Of a stretch of DNA of 64,000 bases, positions 42,640-51,134 are shown in pieces. A program made the translations under genes and the position numbers. A model generated the notes under the pieces. It searched no databases, was not told where the DNA came from, and saw nothing but the letters and a program-made list of their open reading frames with translations. Numbering within the stretch: position 1 is the first letter of the stretch; every line of letters begins with the position of its first letter. Where the stretch lies: positions 1,308,592-1,372,591 of the forward strand of contig CAVQYA010000001.1 in NCBI GenBank assembly GCA_963718085.1, read 5' to 3'. The DNA comes from an uncultured Chloroflexia bacterium. GTDB taxonomy: Bacteria; Chloroflexota; Limnocylindria; Limnocylindrales; CSP1-4.

Positions 42640-44679
42640 GTGGCCGGTCGCCTCTCCATTCGATCGTCGCTCCATCCCCGCCATCCGGCCGGGTGGCGGG
42701 GGGACGTCGCGCCGCCCGGCGAGGGCACGGGCGCCGCTCCGGCCGTCCGCCGCGCCGCACGCGACGTTCGTGGGCGCTCCCTTCTCGCCATCGACCTCGC
42801 CGGGGTCGTGATCGCGGCCTACGTGGCGCTCGCGCTCGGGCTCGATCGCATCAGCGGGCCGACCATCACTCCGGCCTTCCCCCTGGTCGTGCTGCTCCTC
42901 CTGGCCGTCCGCACCGCGACCAATATCTGGCTCGGGCTGTACACCCGGAGGTGGCGGTACGCCAGCATCCCGGAGCTCGAGCGCATCGTCGGTGCCGTCG
43001 CCTTCGGATCGCTCGCAGGGCTGATGATCTTCTACGGCACCTCCCTGCTCGGGGGCCCGTCGTGGACCGCGGGGTTCCCGCTCTCCTTCTGGCCGATCGA
43101 GCTCCTCCTGAGCGCCGCCATCGTGGGCGGCGTGCGGTTCGGCATTCGCGCCGCGGCCGAGGCCACGCCATCCCCGGGCACGACCGGGGCCGACCGACGG
43201 GCGACCCTGCTGTACGGCGCCGGCAACGCCGGCGTGCTGATGGCCCGTTCCGCCCGGAGGCACCCGGGTTCCGGCGTCCGGCCGGTGGGCTTCCTCGATG
43301 ACGATCCGAGCCTCGCCGGCGGGATCATCGCGGGGCTGCGCGTCTTCGGAGGCATCGAGTCACTCGAGCGTGCCGTCGCCGCGACGGGCGCCCAGACGCT
43401 TCTCATCACGATGCCGAGCGCGCCGGGACTCTCGGTCCGGCACGTGGTCGAGGCCGCCGAGGCCCTCCATCTCGAGGTTCGAACCGTCCCCTCGGTCACC
43501 GAGCTCCTGAATGGCAGCATGGATGCCTATCGAGTCCGGAAGGTTCGAGTCGAGGATCTCCTGCGGCGGCCGATGGTCGCCGAGCACTGCGCCGGGGTGG
43601 AGGAGATCATCCGCGACCGTACCGTCGTCATCACGGGGGGCGGAGGATCGATCGGGTCGGAGCTCGCGCGGCAGGTCTTCGCGATCGGCCCTCGGCGCCT
43701 GGTCCTGATCGACCGGGCGGAGAGCCCTCTCTACCTTGTCCAGCGACAGCTGGAAACCCAGCGGGCGCACGGCCGCGGAAGCGGTGAGCTGCGGGTGCAC
43801 CTCGCCAACGTCGCCAGCCGCGCGACGATGGAGCGCCTGATCGCGTCCGAGGCCCCGAGCGTGATCTTCCACGCGGCGGCCTACAAGCACGTGCCCATGA
43901 TGGAGGAGCACCCGTCGGACGCGGTCCACGTCAACATGGGCGGGACGCTCGTCATCCTCGACGCCGCGGCGGCCGCAGGCGTGGATCGGCTGGTCTTCGT
44001 GTCCACCGACAAGGCCGTGCGCCCCTCCAGCGTGATGGGCGCGAGCAAGCGGATCGCCGAGATGCTCGTCGCGGACACGGCGCGGCGCACGGGACGTCCG
44101 TACGTCTCGGTCCGTTTCGGAAACGTCCTCGGGTCAACGGGCAGCGTCGTCCCGATCTTCCAGGAGCAGCTCGAGAACGGTGAGCCGCTGACGATCACTC
44201 ACCCCGACATGACCCGCTTCTTCATGACGATCCCCGAGGCTTCGTGGCTCATCCTCGACGCTGCCGCGCTCGGTCGCAACGGCGACCTATTCGTCCTCGA
44301 CATGGGCAAGCCCGTCCGCGTCATGGACCTCGCTCGCGACCTCATCCGGCTCGCGGGGCGCGACCCCGACAGCCAGCCGATCGAGACCGTCGGCTTGCGC
44401 CCGGGCGAGAAGCTCCACGAGGAGCTCTTCTACAGTGCGGAGCAGGTGGAGCCGACGGCCAGCACGAAGGTCCTTCGGGCGACCGCACCGCCTCCGCCTG
44501 CGGGGATCCGCGAGGAAGTGCGGCGACTGCTTGCGCTCGCCACGGGGGAGAACGACGACGCGCTACGTGACGCACTCTTCGCCCTCGTGGGAGTCGTCGA
44601 GGAACCCGTCACGATCGCCGAAGCGTTGGACCCGCCGTTCGCCGTGAAGCCGCTGCGTCTCGCGGTCGTTGAGGCCTGA
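42640..44679 (+). CDS. Membrane-bound UDP-GlcNAc 4,6-dehydratase (PglF/CapD/WbpM-like)
   Basis: Four TM, GAGNAG, VEDLL.R, TGGGGSIGSEL, HAAAYKHVP, STDKAV, RFGNVLGS, TRFFMTIPEA, RPGEKLHEEL. Confidence 0.93.
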   Translation: MAGRLSIRSSLHPRHPAGWRGDVAPPGEGTGAAPAVRRAARDVRGRSLLAIDLAGVVIAAYVALALGLDRISGPTITPAFPLVVLLLLAVRTATNIWLGLYTRRWRYASIPELERIVGAVAFGSLAGLMIFYGTSLLGGPSWTAGFPLSFWPIELLLSAAIVGGVRFGIRAAAEATPSPGTTGADRRATLLYGAGNAGVLMARSARRHPGSGVRPVGFLDDDPSLAGGIIAGLRVFGGIESLERAVAATGAQTLLITMPSAPGLSVRHVVEAAEALHLEVRTVPSVTELLNGSMDAYRVRKVRVEDLLRRPMVAEHCAGVEEIIRDRTVVITGGGGSIGSELARQVFAIGPRRLVLIDRAESPLYLVQRQLETQRAHGRGSGELRVHLANVASRATMERLIASEAPSVIFHAAAYKHVPMMEEHPSDAVHVNMGGTLVILDAAAAAGVDRLVFVSTDKAVRPSSVMGASKRIAEMLVADTARRTGRPYVSVRFGNVLGSTGSVVPIFQEQLENGEPLTITHPDMTRFFMTIPEASWLILDAAALGRNGDLFVLDMGKPVRVMDLARDLIRLAGRDPDSQPIETVGLRPGEKLHEELFYSAEQVEPTASTKVLRATAPPPPAGIREEVRRLLALATGENDDALRDALFALVGVVEEPVTIAEALDPPFAVKPLRLAVVEA

Positions 44680-44946
44680 CCGGCGGGCGCTGCCGGCACG
44701 GAGGCGAGGCCGTGCTGTCGGGGGCTTGCCGTGCTGTCGGGCCGCGCCGTCCCGCCCGCGCTCGCCGTCCCGCTTCCCACTACCGTCTGGCGGGTGTCCG
44801 GCAGCCGGCTGCAGGCAGGGCGCGTGAGGGCGGCTAGCAGCCGCCGTCCGCGCGCGAGGCTACTGGCGTGTACGCTCTCGTGCCACCGCCCTCCGGCGCC
44901 GTCGTGGCCACCGACGCCCGGCGGCCCGGCGGGGAGAACTCGGCGC

Positions 44947-45482
44947 ATGCGGATCGGCGAGCTCCTGACCGTCCCCTGGTTTCTGCCGGGTGTCGGAGTC
45001 TCGGTCGCCATCGGCCTCCTGCTGGGGAAGCCGATCGGGCGGGCGTTGGGCGTCGGTCGCAACGCTGCCGCGGCGCTCGTCCTGAGCACCGGCATCATCC
45101 TTTCGGCGACGCTTACCCCGCTTCGCTGGGCAATCGACTTCGGGGCGACCGGCTCGGGAGTCTGCGATCTCTCGCGGCTCAGCCTGGCTCCGCTCGGTGC
45201 AGCTCCTCTCGTTCCACGAGGCGGGCCTGAATGTCCTGATGTTCATGCCTCTCGGGGTGGACGATCGGTATGTTTCCGCGGTCTCGTCGAAGGCGGCGTC
45301 GCCGCGGCCGCGATAGCGCTGCCCTTCGTCGATCGAGACCGATCCAGCTGCTCCTGCCGGTGCTCGACCGGGCGTGCGAGAGCGCGGATGTCTTCGACAA
45401 CCTCACCGGGCTCGTCATCGGGTTGGCCGGCGGAGCGGTGGCCGGGCGACTGCTGGCCCATGCGCGGCGGCCGGACGGGTAG
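44947..45482 (+). CDS. VanZ family membrane protein (frameshifted)
   Basis: TM segments; NVLMF.PLG, E..QLLLP.LDRAC..DV..N.TG. Confidence 0.7.
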
Positions 45483-45537
45483 TCCCCGAGCCCTGCCCAG
45501 CCCGGGCGGGGCGCGCGCACCGTGGGCCGTGGGCGCG

Positions 45538-45693
45538 GGCCCGTGCATCAGGGGGCCGGGTGGCCGATTGGCCGGTGACCGGCGGCCCCGTGATCCGGCG
45601 CCGGGTGGCCGAGTGGCCGGTGGGCCCGTGATCAGGGCGCCGCGTGGCCGGGGCCGCGTGGCCGGGTGGCTCGGCGGCCGGTGCCCGGGATCA
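45538..45693. repeat. Degenerate intergenic tandem repeat (~40-50 bp; core GCCGGGTGGCCGA.TGGCCGGTG..CCCGTGATC)
   Basis: Three imperfect units visible between vanZ and the acuI-like gene. Confidence 0.6.
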
Positions 45694-45803
45694 GTGCGCA
45701 TCGGCGTACGGGTTCGGGTGGCCTCAGCGATTCCTCGGGCCGGACGCTCGCTGCATGGGCGATGATGGCGGCGTCGACCGCCGTCAACGAACCGGAGTCG
45801 CCG

Positions 45804-46808
45804 ATGACCGCAATCCCCGCCACCTTCCGCGCCTTCGTCGCAGCCGCCGAGGGCGACGCGGTGACGCGGGGCGTCCGCTCGTTCGCCGAAGCCGACCTGC
45901 CGCCCGGCGAGGTCGAGGTCCGGGTCACGTGGTCGAGCGTCAACTACAAGGACGGCCTGGCGACGATCCCCAACGGGAAGGTGGCCCGGATCAGCCCCCT
46001 GGTCCCGGGGATCGATCTCGCCGGCGAGGTGATCGCCAGCGAGGACCCGACGATCCCGGTGGGGACCGCGGTTCTCGCCCACGGCCACGACCTGGGCGTC
46101 GCCCGCCACGGCGGGTACGCCGAGTACCAGCGCGTCCCGGCCGGCTGGATCGTGCCCCTGCCGGCGGGGCTCACCGAGCGGCTCGCGATGGCGGTCGGGA
46201 CGGCCGGGTTCACCGCGGCGCTCTCGGTCATCCGGCTCGAGGAGCGCGGCCTGCGACCCTCGAACGGTCCGGTCCTCGTGACCGGCGCGTCCGGGGGCGT
46301 CGGATCGACCGCCGTGGGGATCCTGGCCGGGCGCGGGTACGAAGTCTGGGCCGCCACCGGCAAGGCCGACGAGGCGTCCCGCCTCCGAGGGCTTGGCGCC
46401 GCCGGCGTCCTGGCCCGCGGGGAGGTCACGACCGAGAGCGTCCGTCCGCTGGAGTCGGAGCGGTGGGCCGGGGCCGTGGACTGCGTGGGCGGGGCGACAC
46501 TCCCCTACATCCTGAGGACCCTGCGGCGCGGCGGGACGGTGGCCGCGTCCGGCAACGCCGGCGGCCCGGCCTTCTCGACGACCGTCTTCCCGTTCATCCT
46601 CCGCGCGGTGGCCCTGGTGGGGATCGACTCGGCAGTGGTGCCGCTCGCCGAGCGGCGCGCGACCTGGGAGCAGATCGCCACGGATATGCGCCCGAATGGC
46701 CTCGGCGACGCCCTCACCGAGGTGACCCTCGACAGCCTCCCCGGGGCGCTCGACGCGATCCTCGCCGGCGAGGCGCGTGGCCGCTGGATCGTACGGGTCG
46801 GCGGCTGA
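45804..46808 (+). CDS. Acryloyl-CoA reductase-like MDR oxidoreductase (AcuI/YhdH family)
   Basis: SSVNYKDGLA, PGIDLAG, GTAGFTAAL, VTGASGGVGS, VFPFILR.V.L.GIDS. Confidence 0.9.
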   Translation: MTAIPATFRAFVAAAEGDAVTRGVRSFAEADLPPGEVEVRVTWSSVNYKDGLATIPNGKVARISPLVPGIDLAGEVIASEDPTIPVGTAVLAHGHDLGVARHGGYAEYQRVPAGWIVPLPAGLTERLAMAVGTAGFTAALSVIRLEERGLRPSNGPVLVTGASGGVGSTAVGILAGRGYEVWAATGKADEASRLRGLGAAGVLARGEVTTESVRPLESERWAGAVDCVGGATLPYILRTLRRGGTVAASGNAGGPAFSTTVFPFILRAVALVGIDSAVVPLAERRATWEQIATDMRPNGLGDALTEVTLDSLPGALDAILAGEARGRWIVRVGG

Positions 46809-46907
46809 GCCGGGGCTCTCTCGGGCCGCTGGTGGCCCGACATCGCCCCTTGGCGCCGGATGCCGGCCCTGCTTGGCCGCGTCAGGCGGCCAGGTCGGCC
46901 AGCTGAA

Positions 46908-47339
46908 CTACTTCGAGGTGTGGTCGAGGTGAGCCGTCGGGCGGATCCGCCGATCGTTCGTCACGAGGACCGAGGCGCCGGCGGCTCGGGCTGTCGCGAC
47001 GTGGAGGGCATCCGCGAGCGTCATCCCGGTCCGACCGCGGACGAACCCCGCGTCGGCCGCGATCTCGACAGTCGCGGGCACTATCTGAAAGTGCTCGATG
47101 GAGCGGATCGCATCGAGGTAGCGCTCGGCCATCGTCTCGTCGCCCGCCCGAACCGGCCCGACGATCACTTCGGAGAGGACGATCGTCGCGGCGAGGCCCG
47201 TGGCGCGACCCGCGGAGACGGCGTCCAGCACGGACGTGGCGGCCCGGGCCAGCGGCCCGTTCCCCTCGAACAGGTAGATGAACACGTTGGCGTCGAAGGC
47301 GATCCGTCGATGACGGCTGCAGAGTTCGTCGATCGTCAT
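46908..47339 (-). CDS. vapC: PIN-domain (VapC) toxin
   Basis: IAFDANVFIY, LSE, LADALHVATA, LVTND. Confidence 0.88.
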   Translation of the reverse strand: MTIDELCSRHRRIAFDANVFIYLFEGNGPLARAATSVLDAVSAGRATGLAATIVLSEVIVGPVRAGDETMAERYLDAIRSIEHFQIVPATVEIAADAGFVRGRTGMTLADALHVATARAAGASVLVTNDRRIRPTAHLDHTSK

Positions 47340-47659
47340 CGGGGCGTCTCCGGCACCTCGCGCGCCACGTGGGCGGCGTGGGCGGCGCGAATGTCCGCGT
47401 CGATCTCCGCGCGGCGTTCGAGCCACCGCGCCTCGTCCTCGTCGCGCATGGCGCGGATGCGCTCGGCCGCGTCCGTTCCGTCGTAGAGGTGGGCCCCGAT
47501 GCCGAGCAGGCGCGTGCCGGCCGGCACGTGGCGCCGAAGGTGGATGACGTCCCCCTCGATGTCGACGTCGAGCCGGTCTCCTGCCTTCAGGCCGAGACGT
47601 CGCCGGGCCTCGCTCGGGACGGCGATCTGGTGCTTGGTGCTGATCTTCACGCTAAGCAT
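47336..47659 (-). CDS. vapB: AbrB/MazE-type antitoxin
   Basis: VKISTKHQIAVPSEARRRLGLKAGDRL; ATGA overlap with the toxin gene. Confidence 0.88.
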   Translation of the reverse strand: MLSVKISTKHQIAVPSEARRRLGLKAGDRLDVDIEGDVIHLRRHVPAGTRLLGIGAHLYDGTDAAERIRAMRDEDEARWLERRAEIDADIRAAHAAHVAREVPETPR

Positions 47660-47666
47660 GATCGCG

Positions 47667-47695
47667 ATGATAAGCGACGACCTGTCGCGAGGCAA
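47667..47695 (-). promoter_or_regulatory. Sigma70-type promoter TTGCCT-N17-TATCAT for leaderless vapBC, with an inverted repeat in the spacer
   Basis: The -10 ends 7 nt before the ATG; the spacer contains GCGAC..GTCGC. Confidence 0.7.
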
Positions 47696-47858
47696 GCCCA
47701 TAGCGAGGCCGGTGTGAGGCCGGCCTCGCGATCCACCGCCGCGGTCGAGCGCGGGATCCGGCGGTCGCCCCCCGCGGTGGCATGGGATCGGTCGAGGGGA
47801 GGGGCGGACGGGCCGCTCGGCAGTTGGCACCCATCCTGCGGCGGGGCACGCTGGACCA

Positions 47859-48404
47859 ATGGACCGCCGCAGCCCGCTCTCGCGGAGTGCCGCCGTCGTC
47901 GCCCTCATCGCCCTCGCGATCCTCGCCGGCGGCTGTGGCGGCATCTTGGCGCCGACTCCCGCGTCTCCATCGGTGCCGCCTCCGACCGTTAGCCCGACGA
48001 CTGAGGTCCGGGTCTTCTTCGCCGCGGGCGGCACGGACCCGTGCGGAGACGTGGTTCCGGTCGTCCGGACGGTGGCCGGCCCGGTGAGCGCGGAGGTCGC
48101 CCTGCGCGAGCTGCTCGGCGGGCCCTCCCCGGCCGAGGCCGCGGCGGGCTACTCGAGCCTCTTCGGCCGTGCGACGGCCGACGCGCTGCTCAGCGTAGTC
48201 ATCGTCGATGGCATCGCGCGGGTCTCGTTCCGCGATCTCCGATCGGCGCTTCCCAACGCCTCGTCGGCCTGCGGGAGTGCCGCGCTCCTGGGCGCCCTGG
48301 ACGCCACGCTGGCCCAGCTCCCGGGCATCCGCGGCGCCCGCTACTCGTTCGGCGGCGACGAGGCGGCCTTCTACGAGTGGCTGCAGATGGCGCCTCCGGA
48401 CTGA
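47859..48404 (+). CDS. GerMN-domain lipoprotein
   Basis: Lipobox-like LAGGC; VRVFF, V.PVVRTV, AL.ELL.GP...E...G, TLAQLPGI. Confidence 0.82.
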   Translation: MDRRSPLSRSAAVVALIALAILAGGCGGILAPTPASPSVPPPTVSPTTEVRVFFAAGGTDPCGDVVPVVRTVAGPVSAEVALRELLGGPSPAEAAAGYSSLFGRATADALLSVVIVDGIARVSFRDLRSALPNASSACGSAALLGALDATLAQLPGIRGARYSFGGDEAAFYEWLQMAPPD

Positions 48405-48513
48405 GCCTCCCCGGCCCCGTCGCGGCGTCGCCCGACCACGGGGCAACCCCCGGCGGCGCGGCCGCCAGGAGCCAAGTCCCTGCGCCGCGGCACCCGGATG
48501 GCGCCGCGCTCCC

Positions 48514-49959
48514 CTACCCCGGCTGGGCAACCACCAGGATGCGCAACTCGGTCATGTCCTCGATCGAGTAGCGGAGGCCCTCCCGGCCGAGACCGGAGTC
48601 CTTCACGCCACCGTAGGGCATGTGGTCGATCCTGTAGGTCGGGATGTCGTTGAGGATGACGCCGCCCACCTCGATCTCGTTGAAGGCCGTGAACGCGTTC
48701 CCGAGATCGCTGGTGAAGACGCCGGCCTGGAGGCCGAAGAACGAGGCGTTGACCTGGCGGACCGCGTCGGCGAAGTCGGAGAAACGGAAGAGCACGACGA
48801 GCGGAGCGAACGCCTCCAGGCTGCAGACCTTCGCCTCCACGGGCGTGTCGGCGAGGACCGTGGGGGCGAAGAAGGTCCCCTTCGAAGTCCCGCCGAGGAG
48901 GACCCGCCCGCCCATCGCGACAGCCTCGTCCACCCACGCCCGGGTGCGCCGCGCCGCCTTCTCGTCGACCATCGGGCCGAGGTCGGTCTCCATCTCGAGC
49001 GGGTCGCCAAGGCGGAGCGCGCCGGCGGCGGCGACGAACTTCTGCACGAAGGCGTCGTAGATGTCGTCGTGGATGAAGACTCGCTGGACGCTGATGCAGA
49101 CCTGGCCCGAGAAGTGGAACGCGCCGGTCACGATCCGCCTGACGGCCCAGTCGATGTTCGCGGTCCGGTCGACGATCGCCCCGGCGTTGCCGCCGAGCTC
49201 CAGCACGACCCTCTTCTTGCCGGCCCGCGCCTTCATGTCCCACCCGACCACCGGGCTCCCGGTGAAGGTGAGGACCTTGAAGCGCTCGTCGGCGACCAGG
49301 CGATCGCCCGTCTCGCGGCTCATGGGCAGGATGCTCACCGAACCGGCCGGCGCCCCCGCCTCCTCGATGATCTCCGCGACGGTCAGCATCGTCAGCGGGT
49401 CCTTGGAGGGCGGCTTGAGAACGATCGAGCAGCCGGCCGCGATCGCCGGGGCAACCTTGTGGGCGGCGAGGTTGAGCGGGAAGTTGAAGGGACTGATCGC
49501 CGCGACCGGACCCGCGGGAAAGCGCCGCGTGATCCCGATCCGGCCCTTGCTGCTCGGCATCAGGTCGAGGGGGATCAGCTCGCCGCCGATCCGCTCGGCC
49601 TCCTCGGCCCCCAGGCGGAACGTCAGGACCGCCCGGTCCACCTCGACGAGCGAGTCGCGGATCGGCTTGCCGGCCTCGAGCGTGATCAGCCGCCCCAGCT
49701 CCTCGCGGCGAGCCTTGATCCCCGCGCTGATGCTCCGCAGCGTGGCCGCCCGCTCATAGGCGGGAAGCCTGCGGGTCACCTCGAAGGCGGCGACCGCGGC
49801 CTGGACCGCCTCCTCGTATTGGGCGGGCGTCGCCTGGTAGGTGAGGCCGGCGGGCTCGCCGGGGCGGGCGGGATTCTCGATCGTCAGGACGTCGGGGGAT
49901 TCGACCCAGCGGCCGGCGAGGAAGATCCTGTGGGGGACGATGCTCGTGGCGGTGGCCAT
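48514..49959 (-). CDS. NAD(P)-dependent aldehyde dehydrogenase
   Basis: ISPFNFPLNL, FTGS, LELGGNA, GQVCIS, EAFAP, MPYGGVKDSGLGREG. Confidence 0.95.
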   Translation of the reverse strand: MATATSIVPHRIFLAGRWVESPDVLTIENPARPGEPAGLTYQATPAQYEEAVQAAVAAFEVTRRLPAYERAATLRSISAGIKARREELGRLITLEAGKPIRDSLVEVDRAVLTFRLGAEEAERIGGELIPLDLMPSSKGRIGITRRFPAGPVAAISPFNFPLNLAAHKVAPAIAAGCSIVLKPPSKDPLTMLTVAEIIEEAGAPAGSVSILPMSRETGDRLVADERFKVLTFTGSPVVGWDMKARAGKKRVVLELGGNAGAIVDRTANIDWAVRRIVTGAFHFSGQVCISVQRVFIHDDIYDAFVQKFVAAAGALRLGDPLEMETDLGPMVDEKAARRTRAWVDEAVAMGGRVLLGGTSKGTFFAPTVLADTPVEAKVCSLEAFAPLVVLFRFSDFADAVRQVNASFFGLQAGVFTSDLGNAFTAFNEIEVGGVILNDIPTYRIDHMPYGGVKDSGLGREGLRYSIEDMTELRILVVAQPG

Positions 49960-50094
49960 GGGAGGCGGCTCCTCGGTGAAGCAGGGGCGGCCGCGGTTCG
50001 CGGGCCGTTGGCGGGCGGCCTCGCCGGCCGTCGGCCCATTCTACGCGGCGCCCCGGCCGGGACAGCCATCGTCGCCGGCGGTCCGGCCCCCGGA

Positions 50095-50994
50095 TCAGCC
50101 CCCGGCGAGCAGCTCGTCGCGCGCCTTCAGCATCTCCGCCCGAGCCTCGTCGGCGATCACCGGGTAGGTCGGGTCGATCTCCATGAGCGCGTCCAGGATC
50201 ACCGCGCCGGCGGCGACCCGCATGAACCATTTCCGGTCGGCGGGGATCACGTGCCAGGGCGCGTGCTCGGTGCTGGTGTGGCTGAGCATCTCGGCGAAGG
50301 CGTCCTGGTAGGCGTCCCAGTACTGGCGCTCGCGAACGTCGCTGGCGGTGAACTTCCAGTTGCTCTCCGGCTCGTCGATGCGGGCCAGGAAGCGCTCCTT
50401 CTGGGCCTCCTTCGAGACGTTGAGGAACAGCTTCACGATACGCGTGCCGTTGTCGACGAGGTAGCGCTCCCAGTCGTTGATCTCGCGGAAGCGGCGAGTC
50501 CAGGCGTCCTTCCCCTTGGCCTCGGGTGGCAGCTTCTGCCCGGCGAGGATCCCGGGGTGGACCCTGACGACGAGGACCTCCTCGTAGTAGCTGCGGTTGA
50601 AGATCCCGATCATCCCCCGCGCCGGCAGGCGCTTCGCGGCCCGCCAGAGGTAGTCATGGTCCATCTCCTCTGCCGAGGGGACCTTGAAGCTCGTGACCTC
50701 GACCCCCTGCGGGTTCACCCCGCTCAGCACGTGGCTGATCGTCCCGTCCTTGCCGGCCGCGTCCATCGCCTGGAAGATGACGAGCAGGGCGTAGGTGTCC
50801 TGGGCAGCCAGCCGGGACTGGTACTCGGCCAGCGCGGCGACGCCATCCTGGAGCGCCGCCTCGGCATCCTCCTTTCGCATGAAGTCGGCCGTCGACGCGG
50901 GGTCGAAGTCCTTCGGCAGCTGCACCTTTGTACCGGGCGGGACGCGGAAGGGCGCGATCAGGCGCTGAATCCGCTTCGCGCGATCGTCGTTCAT
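50095..50994 (-). CDS. ppk2: Polyphosphate kinase 2 (class III-like)
   Basis: QAMDAAGKDG, FKVPS.EE, FNRSYYEEVLVVRVH, NWKF...D, W.VIPAD.KW. Confidence 0.93.
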   Translation of the reverse strand: MNDDRAKRIQRLIAPFRVPPGTKVQLPKDFDPASTADFMRKEDAEAALQDGVAALAEYQSRLAAQDTYALLVIFQAMDAAGKDGTISHVLSGVNPQGVEVTSFKVPSAEEMDHDYLWRAAKRLPARGMIGIFNRSYYEEVLVVRVHPGILAGQKLPPEAKGKDAWTRRFREINDWERYLVDNGTRIVKLFLNVSKEAQKERFLARIDEPESNWKFTASDVRERQYWDAYQDAFAEMLSHTSTEHAPWHVIPADRKWFMRVAAGAVILDALMEIDPTYPVIADEARAEMLKARDELLAGG

Positions 50995-51004
50995 CGGGTC
51001 ACTC

Positions 51005-51110
51005 CTTCGTCGGCCGGGCGGCTTCGTCGGCCGGGCGGCTTCCTCGTCGGCGGCGGCGCCGAGCGCGAGCGTCGGCGCCGGGGGGTGCGGCGGCTTCGTC
51101 GGCCGGGCGG
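51005..51110. repeat. Three exact 17-bp direct repeats CTTCGTCGGCCGGGCGG upstream of ppk2
   Basis: Copies at 51005-51021, 51022-51038 and 51094-51110; a CGGCGCCGA..TCGGCGCCG hairpin lies between copies 2 and 3. Confidence 0.85.
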
Positions 51111-51134
51111 CTTCGCCTCGCTTCTCCCTGGGCG

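Noticed and set aside
46908-47659. vapBC as marker of a mobile element
   Set aside because: No integrase, transposase, att-like repeats or tRNA nearby; it looks like a solitary chromosomal TA pair.
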